In this document: piece by piece, positions 58,997 through 64,000 of the stretch
Layout of the letters: each line of letters opens with the position of its first letter
Position numbering within the stretch: position 1 is the stretch's first letter
Sequence record: NC_019503.1
DNA: 64,000 nt
Reading direction: 5' to 3' (one strand)
Source: Escherichia phage ime09
Translations under genes and position numbers: made by a program
The notes under the pieces: generated by a model
What the model was told of the DNA's origin: nothing
Seen by the model: only the letters and a program-made list of their open reading frames with translations
The model's database searches: none

Positions 58997-59185
58997 TTAA
59001 TAATCTATTGGTAAGAGAGTACGGTATATTTCAAACTTTGGACCTTTTTCGTAGGCATCAAATGTTTCTGTGAATTTATTATAAGCATACGCATCTATAA
59101 ATTCAATCATAATTTGTGATACAGAAGTAGAAACATCTCCACCTTCTTTTTGAGCCACGACAATTGTTTCTAAATAAGCTTTCAT
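58997..59185 (-). CDS. hypothetical protein
   Basis: 62 aa ORF between gene 30 and alt. Confidence 0.45.
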   Translation of the reverse strand: MKAYLETIVVAQKEGGDVSTSVSQIMIEFIDAYAYNKFTETFDAYEKGPKFEIYRTLLPIDY

Positions 59186-60645
59186 AGACCAGTTACCTCA
59201 TGAAAATCACCAAATACATCCTCGAATGTATTAGCTTTAGTTTTATCTTCACGTAAACGAATCGCAATCGGAAGAAATAATTTAACGTAATCAGTGCGGC
59301 CATCAGATTTTAACCAACCGTTGCATTCGCACTCTAGAATTTTTCCAATATAATAATTTTGGTTTTCCATAATGCGAGTACGGTCAAGTTCATGTGATTT
59401 TACACCGGCTTTATCTTTTAAGCCTGAACCAGCATTTACTTTAATTTTTCCACACTCTGATTCAAGAATAAATCCACCTGCTTTGGTAGGGTCTTTACGG
59501 TGAGGATAAATTCCTACAATTTTTAAATCAACATCAATTACTTCTTTAAATTTATAAAGATTTTTTGAACGAGCATTTTCCCACAATCCATCGGTATTTT
59601 TGAGAATAATACCTTCAAGACCTTGGTCAATATACTTTTTATAAATTACCTTAGCTTCATCTAGGTTATTTACTACCTGGTTTTCAATTAAAATTACTTT
59701 ATCATATCCTGATGTCATTTGTTCTAGTTTAGAAAAACGCACATCATATTTTAAACGAAACGCCGGAAGACCATATATTTCTACCAACGGAACATAATCC
59801 CAGACCTGAAACTTCATGCATTGAGCTTCTTTTTCAGAAATGGTTCCTTTTAAGGATTTATTGGCGATTCCATTAGAAGTAGTACGAGATTCCGCTACTT
59901 CGGCGAATTCTTTAGCTTTACTAATTTCAGGATAAGCATCAAAAAGAAAATCTAGGCCTTCTGGTTCCTTTTTAACTTGCTCGTGGTATACCAATTCGCC
60001 ATCAATTAACACACCTTCTGGATGAATCTGGCGGGCTTCAGCAGTCATTTTGATTAATTCTTCCTTAAGAAGATCTAATCCTAGATATTCATTACCAGCT
60101 CGTGATAAAAGACGAACATCATCTAATTCATCGCCTCTAACTTCAGCAAAACACCGGGCTCCATCTGCTTTTAACTGTGCAAAGGCTGGAAATTTGATAT
60201 TCTTACTAATGCCCTTTTCATCATAAGAACTTGCCAGCATTTGAGGTTGTTCAGGAATTAAACCTGGCCAAACTTTGTTTGCAATAGATACTGAAGCACC
60301 GCATTCAAGGTCTCGCATCATCACTCGACGCAAAACTTCAACATCATCCTTTTTACCATCGGTGATATATCCAGTTAATTCCTCAATTGCAGCATTTCCG
60401 GTCAATTTCCGAGTAGCTAACGTGAATTCAATGAAGTCAAGCATATCGGTAATAGTCAGCATTCCAAAACTCTGGGTAGCAATATCAGGTTTAGGCCATT
60501 TCTTGATATAATACTGTAACCCACGAGAATAAGTCAGACGATATACCCGTTTAAGCAATTCATTATCTTTATTCTTTTCAAGAATTGCTTGCTTCTGCTT
60601 AGTTGATCCAATAGATGCTATTTCATTCAGAATTTTAAGAATCAT
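59182..60645 (-). CDS. 30: ATP-dependent DNA ligase
   Basis: 487 aa; adenylation motif KADGAR; MILKILNEIASIGSTKQKQAILEKNKDNELLKRVY.. recognised as T4 DNA ligase. Confidence 0.95.
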   Translation of the reverse strand: MILKILNEIASIGSTKQKQAILEKNKDNELLKRVYRLTYSRGLQYYIKKWPKPDIATQSFGMLTITDMLDFIEFTLATRKLTGNAAIEELTGYITDGKKDDVEVLRRVMMRDLECGASVSIANKVWPGLIPEQPQMLASSYDEKGISKNIKFPAFAQLKADGARCFAEVRGDELDDVRLLSRAGNEYLGLDLLKEELIKMTAEARQIHPEGVLIDGELVYHEQVKKEPEGLDFLFDAYPEISKAKEFAEVAESRTTSNGIANKSLKGTISEKEAQCMKFQVWDYVPLVEIYGLPAFRLKYDVRFSKLEQMTSGYDKVILIENQVVNNLDEAKVIYKKYIDQGLEGIILKNTDGLWENARSKNLYKFKEVIDVDLKIVGIYPHRKDPTKAGGFILESECGKIKVNAGSGLKDKAGVKSHELDRTRIMENQNYYIGKILECECNGWLKSDGRTDYVKLFLPIAIRLREDKTKANTFEDVFGDFHEVTGL

Positions 60646-60911
60646 TGCTCATCCTTCAAAGTTTGGTTTACAGCTCTATTATAAATCAATTCATCATTAA
60701 GCTCAGGCAAAGACTTATGATATGTAGTTCTAACTTTATTTCCTTGCATCCAGTGCTTGACGTAAATGAAACCTTGCTCTACACATTTTTTAAAAATTCG
60801 TTCGTCTTTTTGAGCTCGGAATTCTGGATTGCATCTAAAAAATTGATTTACGTGACCGTAATCACGTGTAGTATTACCTTCATTTTCATAAATAGTGTGA
60901 ACGACAAACAT
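60642..60911 (-). CDS. hypothetical protein (30.1 position)
   Basis: 89 aa ORF overlapping stop of next gene. Confidence 0.5.
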   Translation of the reverse strand: MFVVHTIYENEGNTTRDYGHVNQFFRCNPEFRAQKDERIFKKCVEQGFIYVKHWMQGNKVRTTYHKSLPELNDELIYNRAVNQTLKDEQ

Positions 60912-61750
60912 TAGAATGCTCCTTGGAAAATATTATCACCACAAGTAGGTCTATTATACAAATACTCTATGCCACCAGGTTTAATATAGTTCCATGTCTG
61001 AAACGGATGTGTCTGATATGGATGATATAGATGATTATAAGGATTAAACCCAGGCGTTCTCCAGGTAGTGTTCCAACGAAAAGAATCGTTTTTAACCATC
61101 TTCTCAATTAAATCTTTTATAGCTTTTTCACTATCAAAACTTTCTTTATTTTCCTTCGGCGAAAAAAGCTTATTTTCTACATCATTCCATGTATAAACTC
61201 GCTGCGCAGTTTTTGGAATATTGTCACGCTCTCCTCGAGCCATCCAATAAACAGGAACATTTAATATTTCACTAGCATGATCGCAGTGATGAGCGAGATC
61301 GTCAATATAACAAATTACGTTATATTTCTCTTTTGCCTTTTTGAACAACTCTTCTTTTGAAGAATCATGACCGCACATCATTACTTCCGAGAAGGCACCA
61401 GGAAAAAGAGCATTCAAATTAAATTGACGATTCAACAGAGCGTCAATAGAATCACCCAATGCTGTAACAGCTACAAAATTATAATCTTCTTTTAATTTGT
61501 TAATTACACACAGGGCATCTTTATATGGAGACAAGTAACGAATAAAATCTGATCGATTGTATTTTTCAATTAGCTTGACACCAAGTTCTTCATCACAGTT
61601 AAATAGTTTACCTGGAGAAATAAATTTCTCATCTTGGATCATTTTTAAAATATGTTCTAACGGAAGATTATATTTCTGAGCAAAATAAGGAAGACCTGAT
61701 TGCCAGCTTAAACATACTCCATCAATATCAGTTAAAATAGTAGGCTTCAT
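60911..61750 (-). CDS. HAD-superfamily hydrolase-like protein (30.2 position)
   Basis: 279 aa; N-terminal ILTDIDGV matches HAD motif I (DxDG). Confidence 0.55.
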   Translation of the reverse strand: MKPTILTDIDGVCLSWQSGLPYFAQKYNLPLEHILKMIQDEKFISPGKLFNCDEELGVKLIEKYNRSDFIRYLSPYKDALCVINKLKEDYNFVAVTALGDSIDALLNRQFNLNALFPGAFSEVMMCGHDSSKEELFKKAKEKYNVICYIDDLAHHCDHASEILNVPVYWMARGERDNIPKTAQRVYTWNDVENKLFSPKENKESFDSEKAIKDLIEKMVKNDSFRWNTTWRTPGFNPYNHLYHPYQTHPFQTWNYIKPGGIEYLYNRPTCGDNIFQGAF

Positions 61751-62211
61751 AGAGAGTCTCTTAATAGGTTTAACACATCAATAAATTCAGCTTCGGTTAG
61801 TATTGTATCATCTTTTGTTAGACCACTAGCCATGCTGTGCTTCAAAACTTTTCCTTTCGAGGCTTGTAATGCATCGCGAAAGCCCCTGTTTTGGAACGCT
61901 GCTTCAAAATATGCATTTGTGTATAATTCTTTCCACGCTGGAGAGTATCTTGAAAACGGAACTCCAAGCCAGAAGAGGGTCCCACGGTCCTGAGCTCTAG
62001 CATAAGCTCGTCCAGCTTGTTGGGCAGCAAGCCCGGATAACCCAAATATACGACGTTGCTGTTCAACATTTTTCACCTTACACCCTTGGAGGAATCCTTC
62101 GAGACCTCCAAATTGGATACCATCCATAACAAAAGGCCATTGGGCGAAATTACTTAGTGCGCATGATGGCCATCTAAAATTGCTTCTTATCTCTAACTCA
62201 GACATTTTCAA
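61747..62211 (-). CDS. NADAR (YbiA/DUF1768)-like protein, candidate ADP-ribose-processing enzyme (30.3 position)
   Basis: 154 aa; ..CALSNFAQWPFVMDGIQF.. resembles the SNFxxWP..DG motif I recall from E. coli YbiA-type NADAR domains. Confidence 0.45.
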   Translation of the reverse strand: MKMSELEIRSNFRWPSCALSNFAQWPFVMDGIQFGGLEGFLQGCKVKNVEQQRRIFGLSGLAAQQAGRAYARAQDRGTLFWLGVPFSRYSPAWKELYTNAYFEAAFQNRGFRDALQASKGKVLKHSMASGLTKDDTILTEAEFIDVLNLLRDSL

Positions 62212-62413
62212 TACTTATAATTTCAACATCAGCCCAATGACCGTAACCCGGTAAACGGTCTTCAATAGATAATCCGCCATCATATTTAAGCATTTTAATT
62301 GTCATAATATATGGCTCTAAATGGTCTTCTGTGAGAGGAGAAACGTCAGTCACACGATAAGTAACTTCAACCATTTCCGTACCTAATAATTTCTGAATTA
62401 ATTTCTTAAACAT
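62198..62413 (-). CDS. hypothetical protein
   Basis: 71 aa ORF. Confidence 0.45.
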   Translation of the reverse strand: MFKKLIQKLLGTEMVEVTYRVTDVSPLTEDHLEPYIMTIKMLKYDGGLSIEDRLPGYGHWADVEIISIENV

Positions 62414-62417
62414 TTTA

Positions 62418-62705
62418 TTAGAACCTCATCTGAAAACCGTGCGATTTAACATTACCGCCGCCAATATCAGAAATATTAATTTCACGCGCAATTGAAGGAT
62501 CAATGTCAATTTCACGATTGAGTTTAGTGATAGCTAAAGTATCGCGGCCATTTACAGTACGGAACTCTAAAGGACATACTACATTAACGTAGTTTTTAAT
62601 CGATTCGCTGGTAGGTTGCAAATGAGCAGGAAGGTCTTTAGGCGCCTTAGAGAAAACCACTTCACAGAAGTTTTTACGAGTATCAAAATAAGTAGTCATA
62701 AACAT
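62418..62705 (-). CDS. hypothetical protein
   Basis: 95 aa ORF; GAGGAAAATACT RBS region; preceded by GGGGCCGAAGCCCC hairpin. Confidence 0.5.
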   Translation of the reverse strand: MFMTTYFDTRKNFCEVVFSKAPKDLPAHLQPTSESIKNYVNVVCPLEFRTVNGRDTLAITKLNREIDIDPSIAREINISDIGGGNVKSHGFQMRF

Positions 62706-62746
62706 AGTATTTTCCTCAGTAAGGGGCCGAAGCCCCTCATTTTATT

Positions 62747-63112
62747 TTAAATATCAAATTCATTAAGAACTACATCAAAGATCGCTTCAAGATGCTCAGG
62801 TTTAGCTCTGTTACTCAGAATATGACGAATCCAAGTTTTAACCAGAAGCTTGCGATTAACACCATTCCAGCAAGGATGAGTCCCTAAATCGCGTTGACGA
62901 AAATCATCATCCAAAGCAATTTTGAAGTTGGAACCTTCCATTGTGATTGAAACCGTGATGCCATTTTCAAATCGCATATAAACGTAGTTAGGAGTCATAT
63001 ACTGTTCAATTTCGCATACTGATCCATTTTGATGTTTCCAAAGGCAAATAGTATCAATAGAACCTGCAATACCATTAGAAACATATTTACGTTCAAAGTT
63101 AATGTAGTTCAT
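62747..63112 (-). CDS. hypothetical protein
   Basis: 121 aa ORF. Confidence 0.5.
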   Translation of the reverse strand: MNYINFERKYVSNGIAGSIDTICLWKHQNGSVCEIEQYMTPNYVYMRFENGITVSITMEGSNFKIALDDDFRQRDLGTHPCWNGVNRKLLVKTWIRHILSNRAKPEHLEAIFDVVLNEFDI

Positions 63113-63182
63113 TTTTATTCTCCGAGATGTTTAATTGCGGTACAGGTATATAATATCATATCCTGTACCAAAGTAAACTATT

Positions 63183-63551
63183 TTATGCAACTTTAATCCA
63201 ATTATCTAAATTTAATTCACCTTTGGCTTTCATTTTTTCAATCAAGAGGTCAGCGGTAATACGACCATTTTGATACCACGTAACATCTTCAGAGTAACCA
63301 GTTTCTTTATCTTCATAAGTCTCACAGCGAATTTTACCAAGAATCAAAGTTTTTAATTCGTATGTATCTCCAGTAAAAAAGTTAGTTAACATTATTTTCC
63401 AAGAGAAGTCATCAGAAGGACCTTCAGGAGTCATGCAACCTACAAATTCAAATTGTTCTTTGTATAAGTGCCACTGAAGTTCTTTAGTTTCGATAGCTTT
63501 ATAGCCGTCGTGATCTTTACCTTTGATGTATGAGTTAAGATTGATTTTCAT
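63183..63551 (-). CDS. hypothetical protein
   Basis: 122 aa ORF, GGAGAATAAAATG RBS, early-promoter-like element upstream. Confidence 0.5.
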   Translation of the reverse strand: MKINLNSYIKGKDHDGYKAIETKELQWHLYKEQFEFVGCMTPEGPSDDFSWKIMLTNFFTGDTYELKTLILGKIRCETYEDKETGYSEDVTWYQNGRITADLLIEKMKAKGELNLDNWIKVA

Positions 63552-63579
63552 TTTATTCTCCTTTGTTTGTGTAAGATAA

Positions 63580-63608
63580 TACTATCACAAAGGAACCATA
63601 CTGTAAAC
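63580..63608 (-). promoter_or_regulatory. early promoter-like element, -35 GTTTAC / -10 TAGTAT
   Basis: GTTTAC at 63603-63608 and TAGTAT at 63580-63585 (minus strand), upstream of gene 63183-63551. Confidence 0.5.
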
Positions 63609-63661
63609 AACTTTGTGCAATCTTTGGAAAATAAAAAAGGACTCCCGAAGGAGTCCTCAAC

Positions 63662-63839
63662 TTATGCTTTCTGCTTACCAAAACGAGAAGCATCATCTCG
63701 AAGAACCGCACGTGCTCGGCGCATGATCTTCTCAACAGTTTGATTGATACGAGAGTTCGACCCACGCTTGTAACCAGCGCGTTTAGAATCACCAACTTTC
63801 TTTTCAACTGCTTTCTTTGCTTTAGCTTGTTTTGCCATT
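63662..63839 (-). CDS. small highly basic protein (Lys/Arg-rich, possible nucleic-acid binder); start taken at MAKQAKAKK
   Basis: ORF 63662-63880; internal ATG at 63837-63839; 58 aa with many K/R. Confidence 0.4.
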
Positions 63840-64000
63840 ATAAATTCTCTTTTAAATGAAAATGCAGGACTTATTGGCATTGCCTGCGAAAGCCCTCAAG
63901 GGGTACTTAGGTTTTGAATATTTACCGACAGGATAACCATAAACCTCGTCAACATTCAAGAGGTACACCGTAAAACAAAGTTCGACGGCTCCTCGTTTTA

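Overview
This window is the late-gene morphogenesis block of a T4-type (Tevenvirinae) coliphage, flanked by two accessory islands. The core (about 10.6-54.4 kb, plus strand) is collinear with T4 genes 53, 5, 5.1, 5.4, 6-12, wac, 13-20, 67, 68, 21-24, then the rnlB-hoc-inh minus-strand cluster, uvsW, uvsY, and baseplate/tail genes 25, 26, 51, 27, 28, 29, 48, 54. Upstream on the minus strand are genes 4, 2, 3, 1, 57A and 57B, an internal-protein-like gene, a 10-gene tRNA array and two more internal-protein-like genes. Downstream on the minus strand are two tandem Alt-like ADP-ribosyltransferase genes, DNA ligase (gene 30) and a string of small 30.x-type ORFs. Product names come from my recall of T4 protein lengths, order and N-termini, not from a search. 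The most interesting signals are lineage-specific: an extra Ig-like domain in Hoc from a 291-bp in-frame tandem duplication, the duplicated alt, a NADAR/YbiA-like ORF next to a HAD-like ORF below ligase, a tRNA set larger than T4's with an adjacent structured-RNA region, and two islands of small unknown genes driven by near-identical early-promoter cassettes. No CRISPR array, intron, homing endonuclease or transposase was seen.
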